64,000 nt of DNA from Cirrosporium novae-zelandiae (GCA_026023565.1 JAPETS010000024.1:248001-312000); one strand, 5' to 3'. Positions 1 to 13,244 are shown, numbered from the stretch's first letter. Numbers and translations are program-made. The notes: generated by a model from the letters alone, not told the origin.

Positions 1-875
1 CAGGTAAAGCCGGCGTAGACTGGCTCATGGATTGTTGTATCGTGATTGACAAGCAAGAGTGCAATGAGATTTGTGAGCGATTTGTTAAGTCTGGCCTGAT
101 TTGGGCCGTTGTAGAGGACAAGGGATACATGCACCAGAATCCGAGCGCCACACTATTTCAGCCAACTAAGAGTGCCATTTATGCTCTCACCGAAAAGGGC
201 CAGAGAGTTGCTGGTTGGATTAGCAGGGAGAAGACTGCTACCAACGGTGATGACTCGAAAATGACCTCGCGTGACTCCAATAACAACCGTCTAAACGCAA
301 TTTTGACCGATCCCGGAATGAGGCTACTTTTCCGTGAATTTTTAAGGGATACTCACTGCGAAGAGAATTTGTCTTTCTATGTCGATGTCAAGGAATTCAT
401 CGAGAACTACAAGGATGCCGAGAAAGTGCAACCTGTAATGAACCTCGAGACTGTTCGCGAGACTCTTGCAGCTGCATATGGCCTCTACAATGCTTTTCTT
501 GCCCCAGGATCGCCATGTGAACTCAACATTGATCACAATCTGAGAAATAGTCTAGCCAGTCGGATGACACGGGCGGTAGGTGACGACGAGTCGCTCTTTA
601 AGAGTCTTCAGGAGGTAATGGAACTTTTCGAGAATGCGAAGAACTCGGTTTTCAAACTTATGTCAAGTGTAAGGGTCTCTTATTAAATCATGTTTCGGAT
701 GATGAATAGCTGACAGTCAAAACAGGATTCCGTCCCCAAGTTTATTCGAGAGCCAAGATATGCGTCTGTCCTACGCGAACACAACCTCGATACCCAATCG
801 CACTCTCCCACATCATCTACCACTGTACTTCCGGAACGAAACGCAAGCCGCTCAGCACGCAGTGCAAGATCGTGA
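1..875 (+). CDS. flbA: RGS/DEP-domain regulator of G-protein signalling (FlbA/Sst2 type), 3' part only
   Basis: DEP-like GKAGVDWLMDCC followed by an RGS domain (LLFREFLRDTHCEENLSFY...NIDHNLR...VFKLMSS). Intron 669-725, last exon DSVPKFIREPRY..., stop TGA 873-875. Confidence 0.9.
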
Positions 876-3800
876 TGAATGATTGAACCTACTCCCCGGA
901 TTTGTTATTTTCCGGTGCACCACGTCCTGAGTTCCTTATTCGATACCAGATGTGTTTTGGAGCCTTGCAGGACCAAATTTCAACCATTGGATACCTGGGC
1001 TGTCGACTTAGGATAATCCTATGCTTTCCCTTAAAGCAGACAAGAGAGCAACAGAACAGGAACGTTTCTCGCCAAAAAAAAACCGCCTACAAGCCCGCTA
1101 AACTTTGACCGCGTGCTCCATAATCTCACCAATAATATTAGGCTCTTGACACCCACGGCTAATGTCATATATCACGATCAACCACACCGCACGCCCACCT
1201 TCACACATCCTCCCTTTAGCCCTTAGACTTGGCTCCTAAGCCACTATAACACAATTGCATTGCATTTCCCAAGGCGTTCTGGAAACACTTCATGATTGAA
1301 TCGAGTGAAAAATCGATCAATCGGTCATCATCAAAGCTATCTGAATCAAAGATCTCCTGGGGCTAGGGGTTTCATGCATATGCATTCATGACGGGATTTT
1401 TATATCTTCTGGAACACGAGGTTCTTTTTTTCCCTTTGTATAGGGGATTCGGGCGTCTTTAAATCGACTCTTTTTTCCCTCAAGATTTTTTCTTTGTTTT
1501 CTTTGCATGGTGCTGGCTAACAGTTGTGACGACCAATATGAAAGATTGATGGGGAAACGGAAGGAGGAAAGAAGTATGGCAATGCAAGGCAAAGTACGAT
1601 GTACATTTTCCCTTTTTTTATCTCTTTTAGCTTATCATTCATCTCCTTATTTGTCAGTTTGTTTGTTGTCGTTACCATTGAATCCTTGGTCTTTTAGGAT
1701 ACCCTAGCTAGAAGAAGATACGATGGTATGGTTCACCATCTCATTGTATTTGTTAGCATTCATTTTGGAGGCAGTGAGGAAGGGGGGGGGTTTTGTTTTA
1801 AATCTCCCTCCTAGTTTAGTTCTCCAAAGCATGTATGCAGTGCATGCATGCAAAAGTGATATGGTTGTACGTTACATACAAACACACACAGGCAGAGACA
1901 GACACTTTTTATATTTGAGAACCGAGAAGAACCAGAGACTCAATAACAATACAAATACAAAAAAATATGTTAAACCTATGTTTTTGATGTGTGCTATGCA
2001 TGGACTTAAGTCTCGTAATTCGTACTCTCTCTCCGTTTCTATCAAAATGTCACTCTTTTCCTTTCTCCAAAAGCCCTCGCAGATGATGCAAAACATATGA
2101 CCAAGACTTAAACAAAGCAATAGATTATAATAATGTCTTTTCTTTTCCTTTTCCTTTTTTCTTTTTTTTACGAATGCCTATTTTACTATTTCTACAATGT
2201 ATCCATTGTATAACTTAGCTAACGTTTCAGCTCGCAAACTGTTTGAAGATGAGACACCATATTTGATACCGTTGTGAGTATATTTATACTTACGTGTGTG
2301 TGTATGGGTTGAGTCTACTATCTAGGTAGGTATCTACAAGTTACAAACAACCATGATCCAACCTATGTACTCACCCAACCACATACCACATACTCACTCA
2401 TCCCCCCCCCCCTTAACAAACCCAAACTAACTAACTAGCCAACCAGACAGACAGACAAGAACACCCAGAAATTGATCAAATAATTAACAAACATACATGC
2501 ATACATTACGCGTGACGCCCAATGTCCAAAACGAAGCCCCCACAACCCAACCCAGCCCTACCTCTGCCCTATCTATTCATCTCCTCCATATGTGTCTGTG
2601 TGTGCCTGTCAAAACCTTAACTTTTATTATACTCTAGGTACATGTACATGTACATACATAATTACCTATTATCTTTTTTACCTAATAAATTTTGCGTTTT
2701 TACTACACACACTACACACACTACACACTACACAAAAAAAAACAAAAAATACATCATCCGTGAAAGGTAAGTACAAGTAGCCTGCCCTGTCCTTGTCAGA
2801 CGTCAGACATCAGACTGATGTAATGTAATCCCCTTGTTCCTTACCCGTGGGTGTCTTTCCCCTCTCAGGTACCATGCTACACACGCAACTACTACAACTA
2901 TAACTTTTTTTGTAACTCTCAGAGAGTTAGAGAAGAAGCTCAGCTCGGTTATATACTTTTTTTTTCTTTCTCTCGGTGGAATTCCGGGGGAGAATAAGTT
3001 TATTTTGTGTGTGTGTATGTGAAACCTTGTTGGAGTTTGACATTTGTGGGGGATTTGGTTTTGGTTTTGGTTTAAGATATTCCCCCATGTTATGACGAAA
3101 GGAATGACAGACAGGGCTTTTTTGGGGGGGGCGCTTGGGAGGAAGGGGGAGGCTTATTTTAGATATATTGGTTTGTTTGTTATTGTTGTTCTTGCTTGGG
3201 AAGGGGGGAGGGGAGAGTAATCTCTGGTTGGGGGGTTTTTTTTGGGTATCTAGGTATCTAGGTATCTACTTGTAGTATATACTAGAATTGGTTTTATTAT
3301 ATATTTCTTTCCATGCAAGGAACAAGGGGAGGGGAGAGAAGGGGGCGCACAGGGGGATAGATGGATGGGATGGGGGACACGTGGAGAGAGAGAGGGGGAG
3401 AGGGGAAGGAGGAACATGAGTGAGGGGGGAGTGAACTGACTAATACTACTTTACTTACGTGTACTTTCGAAAGTAAGTGAAGGGAAATATCTAATTGAGG
3501 AGTGAGGAACATGATGATGTAAAATGTTACGGTTTCCTAAAGTTCTTAGTTTTTTTTTTTGGTTTTTCCTTTCGTTCGTTTCTTCGTTAAGTCCTAATTG
3601 AAGTTTCGGTTTTTTGGTTTTGGTTTTTACGTATATTTTTTTTATTGGTTTGGGGGGGTTTGTTGTAGTCGTATCGTGGAGGTGTTGGATGATGGTGTGG
3701 TTTTGGTGTTTTCCTTTCCGCCCTATTTGATTGAAATCATAATTATTATTTAATATCTACCTAGGTAGATATACTTGTTAATCCAATTTTCTTTTCGGTC

Positions 3801-4110
3801 CAGCATCATGCCATATCTACGTTTTATAAATCTTCCAGGAGGGGGAAGCTAGTTTGCTGTGATGATGTTGGAGCGTGCCGAGCATTATTTGATAATACTG
3901 TGATCCTATGGATTTTATGCCTCTCTGGTTTCTTTTGTTTGGGCTTTATTTGGCTTGTTATTCTTTTTGACCGTCCTTCCCCCTCATCCCCTCCCAATGC
4001 AACAATGCGCCTTTCTTCCGCTGTTTCAATTCCCTAGGGAGTAATGAAAAAAATCCAATCCAAAGAGTTCTGTATGTCATGTAGACAGGCAAGCAAAGCA
4101 TGGGGTGTAA

Positions 4111-5493
4111 TCACCTCTCCCGCCCCCACCCCCTCCCTCTCATCCACTCCTCCAGCGCCCCCCAAACCCTCTCCGCCACCTCCCTATCCCTCCACCTCCG
4201 TCCGGACTCCTCATCACCCTCTCTCCATTTCTCTACCCCGACACTCAACACCCCTCTCCCCCACCCCTTAACGCTCTGCGGAATATCCTCATCTCCCCAT
4301 CCCACATAAATCCCCTTTGCGTGATTGAACAGCTCGCTCGGATTACTCCACTTGTATCCTCTGAACTGCCACGTCTGGCCCGTGGTAAAGACGGCCACGA
4401 CGCGGGACCAGTAATCGGGTTTGAAGAGCAAGGGGTCGTCGGTGAGGATGAAGCGGGTTGGACGATGGGAATCGATGGTAGGGAGAATTCGACTGATGTG
4501 TAGGATGCTGACGGCGGTTGAAGGGGTGGGGAGATTGTTGGGGGGGATGTATTGACCACTTTCAAGGAAGGCTTTTATGTTTGCGAGGCGCAGGAGGGAG
4601 GAGGCAGAAGGGGAGAGGAGGATTATGGGGTCGGGTCGGCGGTGGGATTTTCCCGAGGAGGAGGGCCGGGAGGGGGTTTGTGGGATGGAGACTGGGATCG
4701 AGGGGTTAGGGATGTTGGGGGCGTTGGTGGTGGGTTTGGCCCGCGTGCGTTGAAGGAATGTTGTTTGTGCGATTTTGCGGATGCCGTTGAAGTCCTGCGT
4801 GTGATATGTTAGTTTCGTTTGAGATGTCTTTAGAGATTATAGAGTAAGGAAGCGCACGGTGGTTTTATGACCCCTCAAGATACTATTCCGATCTCCCATT
4901 CTTCGCTCTCCGTTATATATCTCTTGCAGTCTTGGGTCAATTGTCTTAGTCGGCCGCGCTCCAGGGATTGCTCCTGCGCTTACAGCTCCAGCGCCTTGTG
5001 CCGCACCAGGCGCGCTCCCTGCAGCTACCTGCGCAGCTTCTGCTGCTGCGGCTACGTCCGCTTCTAATGGCTTGATATATTCACTCTCTTGGCTGGTGCC
5101 CTCTAACCACGTAATCAAGTCTAACCGTTCTACGAAGACAAGATTCTGCACTTTGCCTCCAGCACCACCTTCTCCTGATAAAGCTTCATTGAGCTGCGTC
5201 GCAGACGCGATATAATCTGGAATGGCGTCGTCTTTCTTTTGATAGGCGAAGAGAATGCTGCGCAGGTCAACCGGCTGAGAGGATGAGGAGGATATGAAAC
5301 GCGTGGGCGTTGAGAGGGGAAATGTTTGGGGATTTGGGCGCGTAAAGTGGAGGTGTGTTGCTTGCGAGAGGGGAGCAGGTGATATTGAGCCGTCGGGAGG
5401 TGAGGCGGAAGTAGTTGCGATGGGCCCTGCCTTTTGAGCTACAGCGGCGCGAAGAGCAAGAAGAGGGTCAGATATAGGAGCCGCGGTAGCCAT
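4111..5493 (-). CDS. CDC73: Paf1 complex subunit Cdc73 (parafibromin)
   Basis: N-terminal DPLLALR...FVERLDLITWLEG. Intron 4857-4795. Exon 2 reads RRPDPIILLSPSASSLLRLANIKAFLE...DYWSRVVAVFTTGQTWQFRGYKW, the Cdc73 C-terminal domain. Confidence 0.93.
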
Positions 5494-5836
5494 GATGGCG
5501 GTGGTGGTTTTGGTATTTGTTGTTGAATCAATTAGGGATTGATGAATGAAAGAAATGTGAAGCTTGAAGCTTGATTAAATATGAAGTTGAGGCTTGCGAA
5601 GTAGAGTAATTTGTAATTTGTAGTGCCCGGTGATGGCTGACAATAGCTTTACTATTTTGACATAAGTATTTGACTAGTTATCCAGTATGATATGCGCTGA
5701 GCGCATTACTTGGATTGGATGTAAATACTGTGATATCTTGTGGATTAGTGCTGTAGCTTCCATCAGATCTCATCACCAAAACCCTAGGAGCTATCGGGAG
5801 AACGGTAACTTCCATTTAGCCTAATTTTTAATTTCG

Positions 5837-5859
5837 TCGCGTCTCTCTCAACTACGCGC
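5837..5859. promoter_or_regulatory. Two MCB-like CGCG elements in the divergent CDC73/ORC4 promoter
   Basis: TCGCGT (ACGCGA on minus) at 5837-5842 and ACGCGC at 5854-5859, about 270 bp upstream of the ORC4 ATG. MCB boxes typically drive G1/S replication genes. Confidence 0.4.
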
Positions 5860-6124
5860 TTTATGGCCATTAGCCTTCTTGATAACCATTGATACTTCAA
5901 ATTCAATGTATACAAACGTTCTGCACCATCAAATAGCCATTGTTGGTTCTTCTCCTTTATGAAGGTCCTAAATTCCTCATATCAATACCCCTGACCAAAT
6001 TACTGACCATTGTATTAATTCATTCTCGATATTGAATACCCCATTGCGTTTGTCCCTTTTGTAAACCCATCCGAATTCTACCTAATATCCTTCTGCAAAC
6101 TCCGTCCATTTCTCCCATTCAATT

Positions 6125-8995
6125 ATGGACGACTTTGAAAATGACCCTCGGTCTGCTAAAAGAAGAAAGGTTTCGAAGGTCACCTATGGGAAACATGCAA
6201 CCCCCGCACGACGAGGAATCAGTGGGGTTTTTAAGAATACTATACAAAAGATGTCATCAAGGATTTTTGGTGACGGATCAAAAAATAATAAGCATGAACA
6301 CGGAGAAGAGTCACTTCCTGAGTTGGAAACAGATGAGGTGGATAGTGGGGATATGGATAGTGGGAATATGGATGAATTGTCTGAACATATACAAGCAGCG
6401 GGCGATGAAAAGACTACGGAGGAGACTATCACTCTTAAACAACCATCATCCACAAAACCAAATCCGAAGAGAAGAGGCAGGCCGAAAGGTAAAAAATCCA
6501 AGGGGAAGAAGGTGGAAGATGGAGGAAATTCCGAGAATAAAGCACCCAAGATAAGGAGGAAAACCAGTGATAAAGTTACAACGGATATGGAATCTACCAT
6601 CAAGCTTGCACCAAGCGAACAAAATGAAGAGACGGATGCTCAACCTATTCCAATTCCCCAGGTTACGACGGACGAAGATACAATACAGGTTGAAGATGAA
6701 AAAACCATTGCGGTTCAGCCACAATCTAGAAAGCTCAAGCGACCAACGCGAAGGTCCCTTCGAGGGCAGAGTAAAAAGTCTGCCCCAGTACCTGAATCCC
6801 CAAAAGATGAACCTATTACAGAGGCGGTTGAGGAGGTTGTTCTCACAAATAAACGATCTAGCAGCCGTAAACGGAAGCTGTCTGTAATAATGGAAGACTC
6901 TTCCGTTCCTCCTCCGGCTCCTGAACCCCCACAAGATGAGACCTCCGATCATGAAAATGTGGAAGATACACCTTCTAAGCGGCGATCCGGGGGACGTAAA
7001 CGCAGGCATTCTCCAGATGTAGAAGACGATATCATCCCCCCTTCGGTTCCAGAGCTTTCTCATAACAAAAATATAGACCATGAAGATGAGCTCAATGATC
7101 ACGAAGAAGCTAAAGATACGCTGATTAATGTACGACAGAGCAGTCGGAAACGAAGCGCCCCCAAACGATATGAAGATGAATTATCGTCGGTGGCCAAGAC
7201 GGCCCACACTGCGCGTAAACCACCACACTCAATCCTATCTCCATCGAGGAAGGGAAAATCTAAGAGGGCTAAGAGTGTTGCTTTCGAGGATGTTGAAGGT
7301 GACGAACTGGGGAAGATGCTGGGATTCAAGGATATTGATGGCCATACACCAAATAAGACACGCCCTGCTAAAAAAGATGATTTGTCTCCCGAAGAATTTG
7401 GGGAGGATGACGATCAGGGACAAGAGACGGCTATGTTTCCCTCTCTTGATGAAATTTTGGAGAACACAGAGATGCTGAATGCCACTCACACGACAATACA
7501 GAAAAAAGCAAGCCCTGTCGCGCAACCACCTCCCTTGAAACAACTTCCAGGCTACGCCAACGATTTTAAAAATACTATCCTTCAAGAGAATCTAGAGCCG
7601 TACCTTGAACTCCTCCAACAAATTATCCTCCAAAAGCTCACCCACAAACGCCGCACACCCCTGGTTGGCCTTGATAATGAATACACCAAAGTTCATCAGT
7701 TGGTCTACCAAACTGTCGTCTCTGGCGAAGGCAACAGCATGCTCCTCATCGGCTCCCGAGGCAGCGGAAAGACTGCCCTCGTCGAAAGTGTCATTGAGGA
7801 CATCTCCACCGACCACAAAGACCAATTCCATGTTGTCCGCCTAAACGGATTCATCCATACAGACGATAGACTTGCCCTAAAGGAAATCTGGAGACAGCTA
7901 GGTCAAGAAATGGAGATTCCTGATTTCGACAACTACAAAGGTCCTAGTTCGTACGCGGATACGCTCGCATCGCTGCTTGCACTTTTATCTCACCCTTCCG
8001 AGTTTGCCACCGAAGAGGACGGTACTGCAGTTGAAGAACATGCTCTTCACACAACCACGAAATCCGTCATATTTGTACTGGATGAGTTTGACCTCTTCGC
8101 CTTACACCCACGGCAAACACTTCTGTACAATCTTTTCGACATTGCACAAGCACGAAAGGCACCTATTGCGGTCTTAGGTCTCACGACGAGGGTGGATGTA
8201 GTAGAAGGCTTAGAAAAGCGAGTCAGGAGTCGCTTCGGCCATCGAACCGTGTTTATCCCGAATCCCAAAGGCGTGGACCATGAGTGGTGGGACAGGGCCA
8301 AGGCAATGCTTGGAATTGAAGAGGAAGAAGTGTTATTGAATAGGGACAAAGATAAAAGCAAAGAGAAACTGGAAGAGAAGGCGATGCTCCTCGACGATCC
8401 GAAAGGCCAACTCCTCCTGAACGCCTGGTCGACCTATCTATCCGGCCTTCATTCCTCCAACCCCATATTCACCCACCTACTCGCCTTGACCTACACAACC
8501 TCCCGGGCCCTCCCGAATCTCATCCCCTCCTTCCTCCTCTCCCTCCTCCAACCTCCTCCGACAGAATTCCAAAACCCACCACCACTCTTCCCAACAACAA
8601 CGGTCACCCTCCAACCCCCCGACTCCATTCTCCTAACCACCCTCCCCACCCTCCCCTCCCTCGCCCTCGCCCTCCTAATCTCCGCCTCCCGCCTCGAAAC
8701 AATCCACTCCCTCCCCTCCGTCACCTTTCCCATGGTCTACGACGAATATATCTCACTGATCTCACGAAGCAGACTTATCGGGAGCGCAGGTGGTGGTGGC
8801 AGAGTGTACGGTAGGCTTGTTGCGAGGGGCGCGTGGGAAACTCTTGCAAGGAGGAGATTTGTGGAGTTGGTCGCTGGGAGTGGAGCGAGGGGGGGTGGGG
8901 AGGAAGGGGAATTGTGGAGGGTAGAGGTGGGGTTGGAAGAGGTTGAGAGGGTAGTTGGGAAGGGCGGATGGGGGAGGTGGTGTAGGGAGGCTTGA
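6125..8995 (+). CDS. ORC4: Origin recognition complex subunit 4 with long disordered N-terminus
   Basis: 956-aa intronless ORF. TVVSGEGNSMLLIGSRGSGKT (Walker A), VVRLNGFIHTDD, IFVLDEFDLFALHPRQTLLYNLFD (Walker B), LEKRVRSRF. Confidence 0.95.
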   Translation: MDDFENDPRSAKRRKVSKVTYGKHATPARRGISGVFKNTIQKMSSRIFGDGSKNNKHEHGEESLPELETDEVDSGDMDSGNMDELSEHIQAAGDEKTTEETITLKQPSSTKPNPKRRGRPKGKKSKGKKVEDGGNSENKAPKIRRKTSDKVTTDMESTIKLAPSEQNEETDAQPIPIPQVTTDEDTIQVEDEKTIAVQPQSRKLKRPTRRSLRGQSKKSAPVPESPKDEPITEAVEEVVLTNKRSSSRKRKLSVIMEDSSVPPPAPEPPQDETSDHENVEDTPSKRRSGGRKRRHSPDVEDDIIPPSVPELSHNKNIDHEDELNDHEEAKDTLINVRQSSRKRSAPKRYEDELSSVAKTAHTARKPPHSILSPSRKGKSKRAKSVAFEDVEGDELGKMLGFKDIDGHTPNKTRPAKKDDLSPEEFGEDDDQGQETAMFPSLDEILENTEMLNATHTTIQKKASPVAQPPPLKQLPGYANDFKNTILQENLEPYLELLQQIILQKLTHKRRTPLVGLDNEYTKVHQLVYQTVVSGEGNSMLLIGSRGSGKTALVESVIEDISTDHKDQFHVVRLNGFIHTDDRLALKEIWRQLGQEMEIPDFDNYKGPSSYADTLASLLALLSHPSEFATEEDGTAVEEHALHTTTKSVIFVLDEFDLFALHPRQTLLYNLFDIAQARKAPIAVLGLTTRVDVVEGLEKRVRSRFGHRTVFIPNPKGVDHEWWDRAKAMLGIEEEEVLLNRDKDKSKEKLEEKAMLLDDPKGQLLLNAWSTYLSGLHSSNPIFTHLLALTYTTSRALPNLIPSFLLSLLQPPPTEFQNPPPLFPTTTVTLQPPDSILLTTLPTLPSLALALLISASRLETIHSLPSVTFPMVYDEYISLISRSRLIGSAGGGGRVYGRLVARGAWETLARRRFVELVAGSGARGGGEEGELWRVEVGLEEVERVVGKGGWGRWCREA

Positions 8996-10453
8996 GTGTG
9001 GGGAGATCAAGACAGAATCGCTAGTTTTGTTTGGAGTTGTATTTTTTTCACTAGATTTGGATTAACGGCATGTCTTTTTTTGTATAGATACTTTATATGT
9101 GTGCATGTATATATATAAAAAAAGGACAGGAACAAAAACTTCTTTAATTACCTAACTATATTAAAAGACACATACACTATTTATTATTGAAAATACCAAC
9201 TAACCAATGTTAAATCAATAAAAATAACATGCGTAAGCTACAGTTGTAAACCGGTCCACCCACCTCCCTAGAAACGAAGACGAACTTTACTTTAGCATAT
9301 AACCTCAAAGCGCCGCGTATAAAAAAAACTCCTCATGTCCTTATTTCTTATTTTCTCATCCTCATCAAGAAGAAATAAGAAATAAGTAAATGAAAACGGA
9401 ATAAAATAAAATAAACAAAAAGGAAGCTTTTCCCCCCTTCTCTCTTCTCAGTATTATTCACCTTCATTGATTGTTAATTAGTCAAGTTGATTAATCCTTT
9501 CGAAAACTAGGCGTACGTGTACAGTACATAACCAATCCTAAAAAAATAGGCAAAACAGAAAACATATATCTATCCATGGTAAATATTAAAAAAGTATTAC
9601 CAATAGAGGCAAGCTAACACTCTCTTATCTAAGCCTAAAAGCACATGATACATATCTGCTAACTTGTACCGAATAATACCCAATATCTAGCTATACTATC
9701 ATACAACCTGGCCACTACTGCGTCATAACAATGGGTATTACTAGCATCATGCCATATCATATCATATTAAGATTAATAGATAAAAATTACAATAAAAGAG
9801 GAGGGAAAAGAAAAAGAAAACGAGAGAATAGAAGGATATCATGGTGAAATGAAGAAGCATCAATGCCTTAATACGGTATTAATAAAGGGGTTTTTTCTGT
9901 ATTTACACATAAAAAGCTCGGATGGATATAATAACCGAGGGGCAGTTTTTTTTTGTTCCCAATACACGTGATGAAGCCAAAGTGTGTGGGTGCGTGTGTG
10001 TTTGTCTTTCTCCAACAATGGCAACAATAACGGCAATGGCAACAGTAATAAAAATAGCAAGCCTCACAGAGGATGCACATGAATAGTGGGTTGGATGGAT
10101 GGAGATATGGATAGGATGTAATTAATGATGACAACTTTAAGACCTCTGTGCTTATAAGTTCCGTCCTGCGTACTCCAGAATATTCGTTCGCTGGGTATTT
10201 TATTTTCGTTTCTTCCTTGATTGATTGATTGATACCCATGACTTGCGTGTTTCCTCAAACATCGCACATTGTCGTGTTTTTTTTGTAATTAACCATTAAG
10301 TAAACCGTAAGCGTGGCTGTAGAGATGGACTTGCTCGGATAACCATCCTCTCCCCTTGGACGGATCCCAGCAAAGCGTCTAGGTAGTTGGGAGTCTGCAG
10401 GGGATAGTGGTGAGCGAACACAGGGCCAAAAAAAGAACGAGCGAACAAAACAT

Positions 10454-11682
10454 TTAAGCTGTGTCCTCTGAGACCTTTTTCTTCTCGCTAGCGCCCTTAA
10501 TAATGTGGCTTATGTCGAAAATGGGTAGGTTGATTGGGAAGTCGACCGCGAATAGCATCTGCGCCGTAAATATCCACCACCCTGCTAGACAGGTTACGAA
10601 GGTGAATGCTCCAGCTGCCTGTTGGGTTTGTTAGTCCAGGGTCTGAGAAGTCTTTATAATGTATGTGGGTGTGTGGTTTGTGGTAGCTCGCACTAGAATA
10701 GGGAAGTGGAAGAGCGTGGGGAAGGTGGACATACGATTGTAAGAGTACTCGCAAGGGAGGTATTTCCATTTGCAGTCTGCCAATAAGCCCCAGAGAGTAG
10801 AGCGAAGGCTGTGGTGAGGGTGATGAAGATAACGAAGAAGACCATGTTCGTGCGGAGCGAGCAGATCAGGAAGATGAAGGACAGAATAGACATCCAGAGC
10901 CAAAAGAACGCTAGTTAACCTAAGTTAGTAGACCGTTTTGTTGGAAGATAGTAGAATATTTACCAAAGCTAGCATAAAATTCGGGTTCCTGAAGTCCTTC
11001 CGCCACGTTGCCAGTTGTAGAATAGGCGCCATATGCATTCATAGATGGAGTTAGTGTACCCGCAAAGGTGAGCCAGAAACCACCTATCAAACGCAAGTCA
11101 GTATGGTTCATCTAAAAGAGGGTTTTCAAGGACGTAGTAATGGCGTAGACGTGCCTATCGAGCCGACTTACCGAATGAACCAAAGACAATGAAGGGGAAA
11201 GTATTTCCCAAGATAAATTCTCCGATTGCACCTAGTAGCATGAGGATTCCGCCAAAGAACCAGTATGCGGCACTACAAGGTACTATTAGGTATCATTATG
11301 CGATGATTGGAATGAATAGACTAACACGTCAGATGCTCCGCTGCCACCGGCCCCTCTCCATCCCATGAGAATACATGACAATGGAGTCAATGACAGTAGG
11401 AACCCAACCAATGCTCTAGTAATTGGTCAATGATATTTCAGGCGTAAGGGGGATTATATGTACGTACAGTGGGGTAGGATTGGCAAATGTTTTTCTCAAA
11501 TCTCCCTTGACCTGATTCTGAGGGGATAGGTAAATCTTCTCAAAGAGCTCGGGAGATATAGAGATGCTTCCTGCCGTTCTGATCTTGCGCAGTGCGTCAT
11601 CGGGGTCCTCTTTCGCACTTAAGTGATGGTTTCCGTTGCCATTCACGGTTCGTTCAGAGCCCTGGAGGTCTTGAGTTGCCAT
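10454..11682 (-). CDS. GPR1/FUN34/YaaH (Ady2/AcpA) family acetate/ammonia transporter
   Basis: Multi-exon gene. ELFEKIYLSP...KTFANPTPL signature, EFILGNTFPFIVFGSF, CSLRTNMVFF. Last exon ends HIIKGASEKKKVSEDTA* (stop 10456-10454). Confidence 0.9.
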
Positions 11683-13244
11683 TGTTGCTAAGAATAATGT
11701 TTGCTTCTTAGTTGATTTGAATGATTATTGTAGGCAAGGTAGGGGGGCGTGAAAGCGGCAGCGAGGTTTAGTGTGATGAAAGCAGGTGGTGAGCCAGAAT
11801 AAGGTCGGACATCAAAGAATATATACTTGTCGCAACCACAACTCCGAGCTCTAAGTTTACTCCACAGCGAAATGTCTTCTCCGCAATTGCAGAAGTTAAA
11901 TGGGGGTGCGGATCGGGGTAGTCCCAATCTCCGGAATGCCATTGTGAACGTCTGGAGCTCTCTAATGGTGATGTGGCATGGTATGAGACAGCGAGATACT
12001 GCACCAGGTTTAGTCTAAGTAGTCTAAGACTCCTAAGCTAGCCTTGGGAGGCCTTGGGATGCTTCTGGAAACAGTGTAGATCCAAAGTTCAGCCGTATGT
12101 CCGGTTGAGGGAGTCATGGTCATAGCTTCCTGGCAGATGCTCTGAATAGAATCAGTGGCTGTTGACTGATAGAATCGGAAATATCAAATAGAATTTCCGA
12201 GAACTAGGTGACAAGATACTGAATAAGTAACTGTAAACAAATGCAATACATTGAATCAAGACAAAAAACGGTACTCGGAAGTAGTAAATAGCAAATAAGA
12301 AGCGGCAGTTGGGGGATGCATTGCCGCAACTCTTTCTTGTTTCTTGATGACTGGCTTGGTCTCAACAAAATCAAATTAAGGATAGTGCTGATGGTGATGC
12401 AGTACCTGTGTGCATCAAACCACTAAGACAGACGGATTCTGCAACTGTTGTTGTTTCTTGTTTAGAGGAGAAGTCAAAGAGCGATAGGGTATATAGGTTG
12501 TATGCAGATTGGGTCGGGCAAGAGGAAAAGGCTTTTGGTTGACTTGGAGACTTGGAGTGACTTCCCAAGTAAGTTGGAGGTTAAGGCAGGAGAACCAGAC
12601 CGATCAAATGATGGGAATGGGCCGGATGAATTCAATAAACAGCCGTAACTTGAACCCTGGTGACCCCATTGGAAGCATCTACCGCTAACCCCGGATTCTT
12701 AGAAGCCGGCGTAGCGCCAACAATGTTACTTGCGGGGTAGACCAAGATGCCCCTCGCTACACCGGACTCGAGTAACTAAGTAGCACCTGCAATTTAGGGA
12801 TAGACGGAATCCTTTCAATACCAATACCAATACAGATAGAGATAGGGGCACAAAGGAAGCAGGCAGCTCCAAATTATTAAGCAAACAGCCGTTCATGCGA
12901 AACCAGCCACGAAACAATTTTTACCTTTTCTCGTATCTTCTACCCTCCACAGTTTTCAATTTTCAAATCCCCGACAGCCACGAAATTTTTTCCTCGTGGC
13001 CATGCGTGGCATTATTTCGCTTTTAACTTACTCTCGAAGTCTACTTTCCATTCATCCCCTTGAATCTTTGCAAATATTTCATCGTGCCATTATCTACATG
13101 TGCTATCCGAGCAGTCCCCTTTACTATCCTGTCATCATTGCCCCTATCCTATTCATGCTTAAGAACCTGTTAACTGTCATCTACAACTCTTGAGACGCCT
13201 CAGCTATGCAAAGCAACAAATGGGCAGGAATAAAACGCATCACT

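Noticed and set aside
900..4100. Many short ORFs between flbA and CDC73, including one ending in AKL
   Set aside because: Low-complexity 3' UTR or spacer with homopolymers and microsatellites. No coding signal; the PTS1-like end is chance.
6135..7844. Alternate-frame and antisense ORFs overlapping ORC4 (and similarly other genes)
   Set aside because: Shadow ORFs of real coding sequence with no independent evidence.
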